Counted from the stretch's first letter, positions 1 to 10,242 are shown. The stretch: 31,141 nucleotides of DNA from Oligoflexales bacterium (GCA_045106415.1 JBGCEP010000023.1:1-31141); one strand, 5' to 3'. Translations and numbers: made by a program. The notes: a model not told the origin generated them from the sequence alone.

Positions 1-207
1 TTTTTCGATTCTTTAAAGTGTGAATTTGTATTTGATTGTGAGTTCAAAGACTTGAGCGATGCAAGGCATCAACTTTTTGATTGGATAGAACTATTTTATA
101 ACAGAAAAAGAATTCATTCTTCAATTGGCTACAAAACACCACCTTGCTTTCATGAAGTAGCTATGGCACATAGTGCATGAAATGTCCGATTTAAGCGGGG
201 AAGCTCA
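1..207 (+). mobile_element. IS3-family insertion sequence, 3' end (partial transposase plus right terminal repeat)
   Basis: Frame 1 of 1..180 reads FFDSLKCEFV...WIELFYNRKRIHSSIGYKTP...*, the typical IS3 OrfB C-terminus (FFxSLKxE; YNxxRxHSxxGYxTP). It is followed by TGTCCGATTTAAGCGGGGAAGCTCA (183-207), an IS3-type end finishing in CA. Confidence 0.9.
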
Positions 208-261
208 GTTTTTAGAAGTGGGCTTGATGGGACTCAAAAATAGCCAGCCTTTTAAACATCT

Positions 262-2124
262 TTAAATCTCAGATAAAGAACTCTGCCAATGCCCTGCAGA
301 AGCGATCTCTACTTTCTTATACCCTGATTGAACTAATCGCTCTCGGCTTTCTCTATCTTGTAAAATAAAACTAACAGCCTGAGGGATTTGAGATGTTTTC
401 ACAACCCAACTATTCAGACGTCTTTGACTATCTTCTTCATGATTTTCGCTGGAAAAAACAATAGGGACTCCCATTGCTTGAAGATCGCTTACATCATCTT
501 GGCACATACAATCGACAACAGCTAAATCCAGAGACAGCAGAAATAACGGATCTCGCCTTCTTAAATCTTGAGCTGAGAACGCATCAATAAAACACTTAGA
601 AACTATATGATAAAAATCTTCGTTATCACTCACAATCATAACCCTTGGAGTCTTTTCACCAGTAACTTTTTTCTGAACGCATTTCAACGCTGAATCACCA
701 AAAAGATCAAAAACATGCCCAACAATTTCCTGAGGGCTTTGCAGCACCCAACCTCTTTTAGAGTCTGTCTCATTGGTGACGAATATTTTGGCATCAAAAT
801 TTTTATCTAAATCAGAATGACCTGTTTCAAAAATTTTATGCTTAGTTCCACGTAAAGCTCTCCAAAAACGAGCTTTTTCCTGCTGATCACAATCTGGGTA
901 CACAATTGCAACCACCTGATTTTGAAAAGGTGGAGGTGTCTGGAAAACATGAAGTAATCTGTCTATCACTCCATCCCATTGAGCCGTTTTTTTAGCCCAT
1001 TTTTCACCTTGTAAACCTGCCTGAACAAGCTCTGACGGCTGTACACTATTTATGAACTCAAAAATCTTTTGAAATCCAGACACACTTCCATCAGTACTCC
1101 ACCCCCCGCCTTCAGACCCGAGCACAGCATAATGGGTCGCTAGACAATCTTTATTCACAACCACTGGCTTCTTTTCAAACCAAGCTTCATACAAGACTCT
1201 TGAGAAACTTTCTTGAGGACTCGGATTGACAAGAACTTCACAATTTTGAAGTAAAGAAATCTTGTGCTCATGAGAAACTTGACCCAAGTTCAAAACTCCT
1301 TCAATCCCAGCACCATCAATTTCACCAGGGCCAGCAAGAACCAGCTGCAAATCAGAGGATGTCGATTCTTTGAAAGATTGAAATGCTGAAACTAAGTCAG
1401 CAACTCCTTTTTCACGCAAACGCCTCCCTAAGTAAAAAACATACCGACCCTCCACCACTGGTTTCATGACAGATGTTTCTTCCCACTCAACCCCTAAACC
1501 AACGACTGAACTCTTTTTTTCAATCCACTCTCCAAAACGTTGCTTAGCAAGTTGCTTCTCTCCTTCTGAGTTAAAGACAAGCCACCCTGCATCAAGTATA
1601 AGTGTTTGAACACGACGAAGTCTTGCATAGCACTCATCATGCAAACAAGGTTGAACAACAGACTTTGCACCTACAATTTGAGCCACATCTGTTGTTAACG
1701 AAAAAAGATAAGGCAAAATAAGAAATCGATCATATTCACCTTGATGCTTTTCAACATACTCCAACAAATCAGGACAACGTAACTGCTGTTCCCAGTAGAT
1801 ATCTTCATCTTCACTTCTTAAAATAGGCCCACGAATTTCCATCTCATCTGGGCGAATTGATAAAAGTCTACGCACAACACGGTCAAATTGCTCTTTTTGC
1901 CGACCAAGAACAGCAAACCTTCGGACAAAAACTCCATCTTCTTGGCGAAGGCCTGGGGGATGTTCATTCAAATCCCAAGGATCAAAAAAAGATCTACAGC
2001 ATGTTGTTAACACTTCAACTTCAATTCCTTGAAGAGTCATTTTTTTTGCCATTTGAAAGGCAACCTGCTCTGCGCCACCGTTCAAATCTTTACCAAACCA
2101 CGGAATGACTATCGCTATTTTCAC
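262..2124 (-). CDS. Glycosyltransferase family 4 (GT-B fold) with an extra ~220-aa C-terminal region
   Basis: N-terminal KIAIVIPWFG...GGAE; YLGR...KG; donor-binding motif NPSPQESFSRVLYEAW (E-x7-E). Last gene of the wzm-wzt operon. Confidence 0.88.
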   Translation of the reverse strand: MKIAIVIPWFGKDLNGGAEQVAFQMAKKMTLQGIEVEVLTTCCRSFFDPWDLNEHPPGLRQEDGVFVRRFAVLGRQKEQFDRVVRRLLSIRPDEMEIRGPILRSEDEDIYWEQQLRCPDLLEYVEKHQGEYDRFLILPYLFSLTTDVAQIVGAKSVVQPCLHDECYARLRRVQTLILDAGWLVFNSEGEKQLAKQRFGEWIEKKSSVVGLGVEWEETSVMKPVVEGRYVFYLGRRLREKGVADLVSAFQSFKESTSSDLQLVLAGPGEIDGAGIEGVLNLGQVSHEHKISLLQNCEVLVNPSPQESFSRVLYEAWFEKKPVVVNKDCLATHYAVLGSEGGGWSTDGSVSGFQKIFEFINSVQPSELVQAGLQGEKWAKKTAQWDGVIDRLLHVFQTPPPFQNQVVAIVYPDCDQQEKARFWRALRGTKHKIFETGHSDLDKNFDAKIFVTNETDSKRGWVLQSPQEIVGHVFDLFGDSALKCVQKKVTGEKTPRVMIVSDNEDFYHIVSKCFIDAFSAQDLRRRDPLFLLSLDLAVVDCMCQDDVSDLQAMGVPIVFSSENHEEDSQRRLNSWVVKTSQIPQAVSFILQDRESRERLVQSGYKKVEIASAGHWQSSLSEI

Positions 2125-2133
2125 AGCTTGCTC

Positions 2134-2595
2134 CTAGTTCACCATTTTTGGTTTTCGAACATCCCAAAGAGTCTTTTTTTTCACCTTAAAACGAAATCGT
2201 ATTCTTTGAACAATGGGAAGCCAACGCCAAAGCTTTTTACATCGCCACATCATAGAAATATAATCAGGCCATACGTCACAAATTTCTGCATTCCAAACAA
2301 CACCTTCTGGAGACGATCTCAATTCAAAAAACAGGTCTTCTTTTTGAATTTGTTGAGTTTGAAGACGTTGAAAATAAGAATCAAACCCTCCAGGGTCGGG
2401 ATTACGGCCAAGCAATGTGCGATATGCATATACAACTGCTTGGTCATCAGACAAAGCTAAGAACTGCTGAATCGAACAAGGCCTTTGTTCTAAAAACCAC
2501 ATTTTATCCCATCGTTGCCAGCCGTCAACACATGGGGCGTCCTTTCCAACCCACGATTCAAATCGTTGTTGGACTTTCTCTATATTTGGATCCAT
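2134..2595 (-). CDS. DUF4214-like domain protein (start probably MDPNIEK at 2595; ORF track start 2625)
   Basis: LSDDQAVVYAYRTLLGRNPDPGGFDSY...LRSSPEG matches the DUF4214 pattern (Y..lLGR.pD..G...w...S.E). Overlaps the wzt end and lies 9 bp from the GT start. Confidence 0.7.
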   Translation of the reverse strand: MDPNIEKVQQRFESWVGKDAPCVDGWQRWDKMWFLEQRPCSIQQFLALSDDQAVVYAYRTLLGRNPDPGGFDSYFQRLQTQQIQKEDLFFELRSSPEGVVWNAEICDVWPDYISMMWRCKKLWRWLPIVQRIRFRFKVKKKTLWDVRKPKMVN

Positions 2596-3844
2596 AAAAA
2601 CGCTCCATTGTGACATGAGGTTCAAGGTAAGAAAGACCTAAAAAATGACAGTCTGTTTTCGGAAGAACCTTAAAAGTCAACACTCGATCAATCCACTGAT
2701 AACAATCATCCTGATGAGTCCGACCTGAATGAACAGCCACGGTCACGGTATATTCACCAGGCCCCATATTTGTCACTAAATCAAAATCCACACGGATTTT
2801 TTCATGCGCCTTACAAACACCCATGTCTAAGCCCATCTCATGGGTATTCGTTCCAAACACGTCAATCCCGAGGTGATTTCGAATCATAATCCCAACAGTT
2901 GGGCTTTCAATATTCTCATGGATATCAATAGTCAAACTCACCTGTGCGGGTTGTCCCACAACTAAGGCTTCGGCTTTTAACCAAGTTTCACCATGAAGTT
3001 CTTTTCTTTGCAAACGTACATGATCTACCGTTGCTTTTTGATTACCACTCGAGAAAGCGCCCTCTTTAGTGGTAGTAGCTCGTTCTATTTTATACTCTTT
3101 AGCATTGCCATCTTTTTGCGCTAAAAGAGCATTATAATGCTCTAATAAATCTATCGGCTTGCCCACATCATGAAGTGACCCTTTATGCAGTAGAGCCACT
3201 CTCTGGCACAAGAGCTTCACAGAGGCAGCATCGTGAGAAACAAACAATACAGTTGTTCCGTCATCGCAAAATTGGCGAATTCTTTTTAAGCATTTCTGTG
3301 AAAAATAAGCATCACCAACACTCAGCGCTTCATCAATAATAAGAACGTCAGGATTTACGTTTGCAACCATAGAAAACGCAAGCCTAACATACATACCGCT
3401 GCTATAAGTTCGAACAGGTTGATCTATAAAATCTCCAAGCTCGCTAAATTCAATCATAGAAGGAAGACGTTCATTCACTTCTTCACGACTTAGGCCAAGC
3501 AGTTGGCCATTTAACAAAAGGTTATCCCTACCATTTAAATCAGGATGAAACCCTGCCCCTAATTCCAATAAAGCTGCAACACGCCCAGGAATATGAAAAG
3601 ACCCTGCTGTCGGCGCTAAGGTCCCAGTTAAGACTTTTAAAAGCGTACTCTTTCCAGCTCCGTTCATTCCAATAATTCCAAAAGTTTCCCCTTTAGGAAT
3701 TTCTAAAGAAATATCTTTTAAAGCCCAATATTCTTTATGGTAACGATGCCCACTCACCCATTCTTTAAAACGATCAGACGGTTTAGAGTAAACACGAAAA
3801 CACTTCGACAAACCTTCTAAACGAATATTATTAGAGTTCATCAA
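2558..3844 (-). CDS. wzt: Polysaccharide ABC exporter ATP-binding protein with C-terminal Wzt_C carbohydrate-binding domain
   Basis: Walker A GMNGAGKST, LLELGAGFHPDLNGRDN, signature YSSGMYVRLAF, Walker B LIIDEALSVGD; C-terminal GIDVFGTNT...GEYTVTVAVH. Confidence 0.93.
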   Translation of the reverse strand: MMNSNNIRLEGLSKCFRVYSKPSDRFKEWVSGHRYHKEYWALKDISLEIPKGETFGIIGMNGAGKSTLLKVLTGTLAPTAGSFHIPGRVAALLELGAGFHPDLNGRDNLLLNGQLLGLSREEVNERLPSMIEFSELGDFIDQPVRTYSSGMYVRLAFSMVANVNPDVLIIDEALSVGDAYFSQKCLKRIRQFCDDGTTVLFVSHDAASVKLLCQRVALLHKGSLHDVGKPIDLLEHYNALLAQKDGNAKEYKIERATTTKEGAFSSGNQKATVDHVRLQRKELHGETWLKAEALVVGQPAQVSLTIDIHENIESPTVGIMIRNHLGIDVFGTNTHEMGLDMGVCKAHEKIRVDFDLVTNMGPGEYTVTVAVHSGRTHQDDCYQWIDRVLTFKVLPKTDCHFLGLSYLEPHVTMERFYGSKYRESPTTI

Positions 3845-4637
3845 TCACATCATCCTTAAATCGAGAGAGCATAACACAGCCCAGAAGAGTTAAAACAGCG
3901 CACCCTCCTGCCATCATAAGCATATGATCAAACTGTGGAGTTTTTTTCCAAAACAAGACATCTTGAAACATTGTAATACTATAATACATTGGGTTGATTC
4001 GAATGAGCCATTGAAAATGCTCAGGAATATGATCAAAACGATAAACAATAGGTGTTAACCAAAACCAGACCTGTAAAACAATTTGTACAGCTTGGGCCGT
4101 ATCTCTAAAAAAAACATTAAGAATCGATAAAATCACACCCAAAGAAGAAGCAAACATAAGATGTAAAACCACAATCACAGGAAAATATACCAAAGAGAAA
4201 CCAACCCCATAATCAAAGACGATCATTGTACACAATAGTAAAGCGACGCTAATAAAAAATGTAACACTTGCTGAACCCGTCACAATAGTTTGAAGAATCT
4301 CTCTAGGGAAAGAAACCTTCTTCAATAGGTTTGCTTGATCATAAAAGGTTGTAGTCCCTCGACTCATAATCTCTAGAAAAGCATTCCAGGGAAGAAGACC
4401 TGCACATAAAAAGAAAGGAAATGCATAAGGAACATCACTCATACCTCCTAGTTTTGCTGACATCACTTTAGAGAAAACAAGAGTGTAGATAGCAATCATT
4501 GCCATCGGGTGCAGAAGGTTCCAATACCCGCCTAGCGCTGAACCAAGGTAACGCAGACGAAACTCCCGCCATATCATATTTTGAACAAGATCTTTGTGTT
4601 GCCAGTGAACGCGAGCAACGTGCAGGACTGAACGCAT
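3831..4637 (-). CDS. wzm: Polysaccharide ABC exporter permease (ABC-2 type)
   Basis: REFRLRYLGSALG..W, FRDTAQ, WFWLTPIVY, INPMY; about six hydrophobic segments; overlaps the wzt start. Confidence 0.93.
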   Translation of the reverse strand: MRSVLHVARVHWQHKDLVQNMIWREFRLRYLGSALGGYWNLLHPMAMIAIYTLVFSKVMSAKLGGMSDVPYAFPFFLCAGLLPWNAFLEIMSRGTTTFYDQANLLKKVSFPREILQTIVTGSASVTFFISVALLLCTMIVFDYGVGFSLVYFPVIVVLHLMFASSLGVILSILNVFFRDTAQAVQIVLQVWFWLTPIVYRFDHIPEHFQWLIRINPMYYSITMFQDVLFWKKTPQFDHMLMMAGGCAVLTLLGCVMLSRFKDDVIDEL

Positions 4638-4705
4638 AAAACTCTCCCAAAACGCATGTGCTCACTCTACTACAGTCTTATTGACTGAGACAATCTCTGT
4701 CTTAC

Positions 4706-4745
4706 AAAAAAAACCCTGAATCTTTAAGTAAGATTCAGGGTTTTT
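4706..4745 (-). terminator. Intrinsic terminator downstream of the OPT gene
   Basis: AAAAACCCTGAATCT-ttaagta-AGATTCAGGGTTTTT perfect stem; 8-T tail on the minus strand, about 30 bp after the OPT stop. Confidence 0.85.
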
Positions 4746-4776
4746 AAGAGAAAAATCAAACAAAATATAGTAATAT

Positions 4777-6600
4777 TTATTCTTTTGAGCACCATAAAAA
4801 CATACTAATAGCTGCACAGAATGAACCTACAGTTAGCGTTTGCATCATGATTTCAGACACAGAGACGCTCACATCAAAACCGAGCCCCATTAAAACGGCC
4901 TCACCGATACCAAATAAAGCTTCACCAGCAATCAAACCTGAACCCAAAAGCACCCCTGGATGATGTTCACTTTTTTGTCCTTTTCGAATGGCTAGCTCTC
5001 TTAAAAAGCCACCTATCAGAATAGGGAGTGAAAGCATCATGGGGAGGTACAATCCTACAGCCACAGGCATAACGTGCAAACGAAAGCCTTGCCGCCGCTT
5101 TAACATTAACTGATCAATAAAAAGTATGCTCAAAGCAAGACATGCTCCAATTCCCAATAAATCCCACTGTAAGGACCCACCAAACAGCCCTGAAGCCACA
5201 CTCGCAAACAAAGTTGCCTGTGGCGCTAGCAATCCCTCACCAAGCCCAAACTGCTCATGCAAAAGCGTTAAAGTTGGGGCTATAATAAGAGCTGGGATGA
5301 CGACACCAACCATTTGTGCCCACTGTTGATACTTTGGAGTCGCTCCGATAAGTTGTCCTGTTTTTAAATCTTGAGAGCAATCAGCAGCTGTACAAACAGC
5401 GCAACACACAACTGCTGCTACACCTAAAGTCGCAGCAATTCCTGATTCAGCCTCAAGACCTAAAGCTAAGAAAAAGCCGCCCGTAACCACTAAGATAGCA
5501 ATGGTCACACCAGACACAGGATTATTCGAGCTTCCCACAAGGCCACAAATATAACTCCCCACAGCGACTGCTGGGAAACCTATCAATAGGCTCATCATGA
5601 CCGTCCCTAAAGCTAGCCCTAAACTTTGCAACATCGACTGAAAAAGAAAAGTCGCTGAAAGTAAGCAAAAGCAAAGAACAATTCCCATGCTCATAAGCGA
5701 CATATCCTGCCCATCAGATTGACCACCCCAGGATTTACGAACTTCACGAGCTCCATCTGCAATTCCTTTGCGGACCGCAAACACAGACCACAGGCCTCCG
5801 ACAAGCATAGCGCCGACTCCAACATAGCGAACTTTCGTACTCCAAACAGCCCATGACTCTCCTAAAAGATCTTGCCCCAGCATACCTTCTGATAAGTACG
5901 GCAATAAAATCCACCAAGCTATCACACCACCAGAAAAGATTTGAACTGCTACCTCAACACCCACTATGTAACCCACAGCAAGAAGAGCTGGGGACACTGT
6001 CACACCACCATAAATGGGGTAGCCCACACCCGTCCAAATCACTTCCAACTGAGACTTCACAAGCTTCATCATGCCTAAGACCTTTAGGACTCCCCCTCCG
6101 AGAACTCCCAACATCATAGCCTTCACGCCTTGCTCTGCCTCATCACCATCAGACACTGCTGACTCTAGTACGCGAGCACAAGCGACACCCTCTGGGTACG
6201 TAAGTTCAGGCCCTCCATCAACAATCAGTGCCTTGCGCAACGGAATCATAAAAACAATTCCTAACAAACCACCACAAATAACAATCAACGTGGTCGTGAT
6301 ATATTCAAACTCTTTCCAAGCTCCAACAAGAAGAAGTGCTGGAATCGTAAAAATTACTCCTGCAGCCAATGATTCTCCTGCAGACACCATTGTTTGCACA
6401 ATATTACTCTGATGAAGACCTTTCACTCTTAAAATCTTAAAAACCGCTGTTGCCATAACCGCAGCTGGTATAGAAGCGGAAACTGTCATACCAATCTTTA
6501 AACCTAAATAAATATTAGCGGCCGTCATGACTAACCCAATCACAATACCTGTGCATATGGCTAGCGGGGTCCATTCTTCTTGTTTATGCTCGTGAGTCAT
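4777..6600 (-). CDS. OPT-family oligopeptide transporter
   Basis: ANIYLGLKIGMTVSASIPAAV, YPEGVACA, GSSNNPVSG, QDLKTG, APQATL and SGLIAGE are typical of bacterial OPT proteins; highly hydrophobic; RBS AGGAG. Confidence 0.93.
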   Translation of the reverse strand: MTHEHKQEEWTPLAICTGIVIGLVMTAANIYLGLKIGMTVSASIPAAVMATAVFKILRVKGLHQSNIVQTMVSAGESLAAGVIFTIPALLLVGAWKEFEYITTTLIVICGGLLGIVFMIPLRKALIVDGGPELTYPEGVACARVLESAVSDGDEAEQGVKAMMLGVLGGGVLKVLGMMKLVKSQLEVIWTGVGYPIYGGVTVSPALLAVGYIVGVEVAVQIFSGGVIAWWILLPYLSEGMLGQDLLGESWAVWSTKVRYVGVGAMLVGGLWSVFAVRKGIADGAREVRKSWGGQSDGQDMSLMSMGIVLCFCLLSATFLFQSMLQSLGLALGTVMMSLLIGFPAVAVGSYICGLVGSSNNPVSGVTIAILVVTGGFFLALGLEAESGIAATLGVAAVVCCAVCTAADCSQDLKTGQLIGATPKYQQWAQMVGVVIPALIIAPTLTLLHEQFGLGEGLLAPQATLFASVASGLFGGSLQWDLLGIGACLALSILFIDQLMLKRRQGFRLHVMPVAVGLYLPMMLSLPILIGGFLRELAIRKGQKSEHHPGVLLGSGLIAGEALFGIGEAVLMGLGFDVSVSVSEIMMQTLTVGSFCAAISMFLWCSKE

Positions 6601-6788
6601 TGCTATCTCCTTTTGACCAGACGGCCAATTTTATAGGTTTTAGCTAACATAGCGCCTTTAAAATCACAAGATGTACTTTTGTTATGAGGAAAATTCAAAA
6701 AAGATTATAAACTAGAAGACAACACCAAAACGCATTAAACAATTCTCATTCTTTGCCTCAGCACTTTTTAGAGTATGAAAGAAAATTT

Positions 6789-7901
6789 ATGCTTTACCTT
6801 ATTCTTATTTTTGTGGTGTCATGCTCTTCTCTTGGTGAAAACCCTAGTAAAAAAGAACAAGAGCGATTTACAGATTCTGCACAGTTTTCAACAACGACGT
6901 CCAGTTTTCAAACGACCCCCCCTCAGTTGATGAAAATCATGAATGAAAGAAATTTTCGCTGGGAGCTTATCAAAAAATGGTTCTCACAATCAGATAACGA
7001 AAAATACCCTGGAAATACAATTCCGTACGCATCATCAGAATTATCTTTATTTGAAGCTTCATCCACTCAAGATGCCTTCATTTGGTTCGGTCACTCGACT
7101 CTCCTTTTGCATCTCAACCAAAAAAATATCCTATTCGACCCTATTTTTTCATGTTGTGCATCCCCTGTACCTTTTTTTGTAAAAAGGTTTCAAGAACCAG
7201 TTCTCAGCCTTGATCAGCTCCCAAATATTGACTTCATTGTAATTTCACACGATCACTACGATCATCTTGATATGGAAACTATTCAATATTTTATTGAAAA
7301 AGACACTCAATTTTTAGTTCCTCTTGGAGTAGGATCACACCTAAAAAGCTGGGGTGTACCCTCTGATAAAATCACCGAACTTGATTGGTGGGAAGGTAAA
7401 CACTTTGATAGTGTTCACTTCATCGCAACTCCAGCTCAGCACTTTTCAGGCCGTACTTTAAAATCAAATCAAACCCTCTGGGCTTCCTGGACCTTGAAAA
7501 CCACAAATCGAAGCATATTTTTTAGCGGTGATAGCGGCTATACACCACTTTTCAAAAAAATTGGTGATATTCACGGCCCTTTTGATACCGCTTTTATTGA
7601 AAACGGCCAATACAGCGAAGCATGGCCTGAAGTCCATCTTCTTCCAGAGGAAAGTATTCAAGTGCATAAAGATTTAAAATCTCGACATCTCGTACCCATT
7701 CATTGGTCTATGTTTGCTCTTTCTTTTCATTCCTGGTTTGAACCTGCCGAAAGAATTTTTCAAGAGGCAATAAAAGAAAAAGTATCTCTTCTCATTCCAA
7801 AAATTGGCGAAACAGTTCTATTCGACCAAATTAAATCCAATAACTCTCAAGAGACTTGGTGGCGAACTCAAAAATCAAATAAAATCAATCTTTTTAAATA
7901 A
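6789..7901 (+). CDS. MBL-fold metallo-hydrolase (RomA/NAPE-PLD-like), probable lipoprotein
   Basis: WFGHST, DPIF, SHDHYDHLD, HFSGR, FSGDSGY, PIHW. ATG 6789 gives a lipoprotein-like leader MLYLILIFVVS-C (ORF track uses TTG 6753). Confidence 0.88.
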   Translation: MLYLILIFVVSCSSLGENPSKKEQERFTDSAQFSTTTSSFQTTPPQLMKIMNERNFRWELIKKWFSQSDNEKYPGNTIPYASSELSLFEASSTQDAFIWFGHSTLLLHLNQKNILFDPIFSCCASPVPFFVKRFQEPVLSLDQLPNIDFIVISHDHYDHLDMETIQYFIEKDTQFLVPLGVGSHLKSWGVPSDKITELDWWEGKHFDSVHFIATPAQHFSGRTLKSNQTLWASWTLKTTNRSIFFSGDSGYTPLFKKIGDIHGPFDTAFIENGQYSEAWPEVHLLPEESIQVHKDLKSRHLVPIHWSMFALSFHSWFEPAERIFQEAIKEKVSLLIPKIGETVLFDQIKSNNSQETWWRTQKSNKINLFK

Positions 7902-8071
7902 AGTAGAGGCACATCACCGCGATGCTCACGCACATAAATTATGAGCAACAGCTAAGAAATCATTCTTGAAAAATCATAACTCAATAAAATATTTTTATTC
8001 TCTCTATTTTTCATTTTATAAAAAAGATCACCTCTCAGATCTCTCAAAACATGAACACACAATCGATTCAG

Positions 8072-8080
8072 TGCTATAAT
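8072..8080 (+). promoter_or_regulatory. Extended -10 sigma70 promoter element for the neuB operon
   Basis: TGCTATAAT (TGn-TATAAT). Its position argues against the TTG start at 8085. Confidence 0.55.
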
Positions 8081-8156
8081 CCTCTTGCAAGTTCTCAAAG
8101 CTCGAAAACATCAAGACCAGGCCCATGTTCTGGAAGTGCAATTGAAGGGGATTACT

Positions 8157-9032
8157 GTGGAAGAGACAAAAATCATTGCTGAAATTGGCTGCAATCACAA
8201 AGGTGATATGGAAATTGCACGTGAACTGATACAGGTTGCTGCTCTTTATTGCAAAGTAGACTATGTTAAGTTTCAAAAACGATGCAACAAAACTCTTTTG
8301 ACTCCAGACGAATACATAACACCTCACCCGAACCCTGGTAACTCCTATGGTGATACATATGGAGAACATAGAGAGTTCTTAGAATTTAATACAGAACAAC
8401 ACCAGCAGCTCAAAACATGGTGTGCCGAATTTGGAATTGGCTACTCTTGCTCTGTGTGGGATATCAACTCCACAAAAGACATCATCAGCCTCAACCCTGA
8501 CTTCATTAAGGTTCCCTCAGCCACAAATCTGAACTTTCCTGTACTAGCTTATCTTGCTGAACACTATAGTGGGGACATTCATATTTCTCTGGGTATGACA
8601 TCTCGCAAAGAACAAGACGAGATTGTCAATTTTATGAAAGAAAGAAATGCCTCCAAAAGAGTTGTTCTTTATTCATGTACTTCTGGCTACCCTGTCCCCT
8701 TTGAAGATATTTGTTTGCTTGAAATCAAAGATCTTCAAGAACGTTTCTCTGATAAAGTCAAAGCGATTGGATTTTCTGGGCATCACCTCGGAATTTCTGC
8801 CGACGTTGCAGCCCTTGCTCTTGGCGCGGAGTGGATTGAAAGGCACTACACCTTAGACCGCACTTGGAAAGGAACAGATCACGCAGCATCTCTGGAGCCA
8901 ACAGGGATGATGAAACTCGGCCGTGATGTTCGGCATGTCTCTCAAGCTCTGAGCCGAAAAAACACAGAAGTTCTTCCGATTGAAGAAGTTCAAAGAAACA
9001 AACTTAAAAAACGTATTGAAATCAACGCTTAA
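8157..9032 (+). CDS. neuB: N-acetylneuraminate/nonulosonate(-9-phosphate) synthase family protein, short form without the C-terminal SAF/AFP-like domain
   Basis: IIAEIGCNHKGD, VKFQKR, KVPSA, CTSGYP, GFSGH, IERHYTLDR..KGTDHAASLEP. GTG 8157 follows RBS GAAGGGGA; 291 aa. Confidence 0.9.
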   Translation: MEETKIIAEIGCNHKGDMEIARELIQVAALYCKVDYVKFQKRCNKTLLTPDEYITPHPNPGNSYGDTYGEHREFLEFNTEQHQQLKTWCAEFGIGYSCSVWDINSTKDIISLNPDFIKVPSATNLNFPVLAYLAEHYSGDIHISLGMTSRKEQDEIVNFMKERNASKRVVLYSCTSGYPVPFEDICLLEIKDLQERFSDKVKAIGFSGHHLGISADVAALALGAEWIERHYTLDRTWKGTDHAASLEPTGMMKLGRDVRHVSQALSRKNTEVLPIEEVQRNKLKKRIEINA

Positions 9033-9075
9033 TCCAATAGCCAACTTCAATTGAAGTTGGCTATTCTCTCCACAC

Positions 9076-10242
9076 ATGGAGTTTTTTATGCGCATCGCCC
9101 TCATACCCCTTCGTTTGGGTTCGAAGTCTATTATCAAGAAAAACATCAAGCCCATCCATGGAAAACCTCTTTTTTACTGGACATGCAAAGCAGCTCTTGA
9201 CGCTCGAAATGTCGACGAGGTGTGGGTATCGACAGAAAGCGATGAAATTGCTGCAGAAGTTCACAAATGGCTCCCTGAAATCTATATTCATAAAAGACCC
9301 ATAGAATTAGCGGACGACACGGAAAGTACAGAAAACGTGATGATCGATTTTGCAAAGTCTCACCCGTTTGATTATTTTTTCTTGTTACAAGCGACTAGCC
9401 CACTCACAACCTCTCTAGACATCGACGCTTGCTACAGCACTTTAAAAGAAGAAAAATCAGACTCCGTACTCACAGTCACTGAATTCAAGCGGTTTCTTTG
9501 GACACAAGAGCAGAAACCTCTCAACTACAATCCTCACGATCGGCCTCGCCGCCAAGATTTTCAAGGTTATGCTATGGAAAATGGTGCAATTTATCTCACC
9601 ACATCTCAAGCCTTTCAACAATCTCAAACACGAATAAGTGGGAGGATTTCTCTGCACTATATGCACCCAAATACCGCTTTTGAAATTGATGAACCCGAAG
9701 ATTGGTTTATTGTTGAAAACTTATTGCAAAGACAAGAAAAAAACAAAGAAAACCACACAAAAGTCCAAGCAATTGTATGCGATGTCGACGGAACCTTAAC
9801 TGATGGAATGATGATATACAGTGGACAAGGGGAATTGGGTAAAAGCTTTTACAGTCGTGACTGGAGAGGTCTTTCTCAATTACGCCAAGCAGGTATCAAG
9901 GTTATGATTCTTACCGGTGAAGAAAGTCCAGCAGTAAGAGCACGCGTTGAAAAACTTGGGTATCAAGAGCTTTATTTTTCTGGAATTGATAACAAAAAAC
10001 CTTTTCTCGAAGAAAAACTTCAAGCCATGGGTCTCGGATTTCAAGACATTGCTTATATTGGTGACGACGATAATGATTTAGAATGTTTGCAAAAAGCAGG
10101 GTGGAGCGCGTGCCCTCGTGATGCACACCCGTCAGTACAAAAAAGTGTACATTATGTGTGCAAGCAAAAAGGTGGATTTGGAGCTGTTCGCGAATTTTGT
10201 GACCACATCCTCCAAAATTTAACTAAAAACGTGAAGCCATAA
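9076..10242 (+). CDS. neuA: Acylneuraminate cytidylyltransferase fused to a KdsC-like HAD phosphatase
   Basis: N-domain IPLRLGSKSIIKKN, QATSPL, ENGAIY, EIDEPED; C-domain DVDGTLTDG, ILTG, AYIGDDDND, GGFGAVRE. Confidence 0.9.
   Translation: MEFFMRIALIPLRLGSKSIIKKNIKPIHGKPLFYWTCKAALDARNVDEVWVSTESDEIAAEVHKWLPEIYIHKRPIELADDTESTENVMIDFAKSHPFDYFFLLQATSPLTTSLDIDACYSTLKEEKSDSVLTVTEFKRFLWTQEQKPLNYNPHDRPRRQDFQGYAMENGAIYLTTSQAFQQSQTRISGRISLHYMHPNTAFEIDEPEDWFIVENLLQRQEKNKENHTKVQAIVCDVDGTLTDGMMIYSGQGELGKSFYSRDWRGLSQLRQAGIKVMILTGEESPAVRARVEKLGYQELYFSGIDNKKPFLEEKLQAMGLGFQDIAYIGDDDNDLECLQKAGWSACPRDAHPSVQKSVHYVCKQKGGFGAVREFCDHILQNLTKNVKP

Noticed and set aside
8085..8156. N-terminal extension of NeuB from TTG 8085
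   Set aside because: It begins about at the predicted transcription start; homology and the RBS point to GTG 8157.
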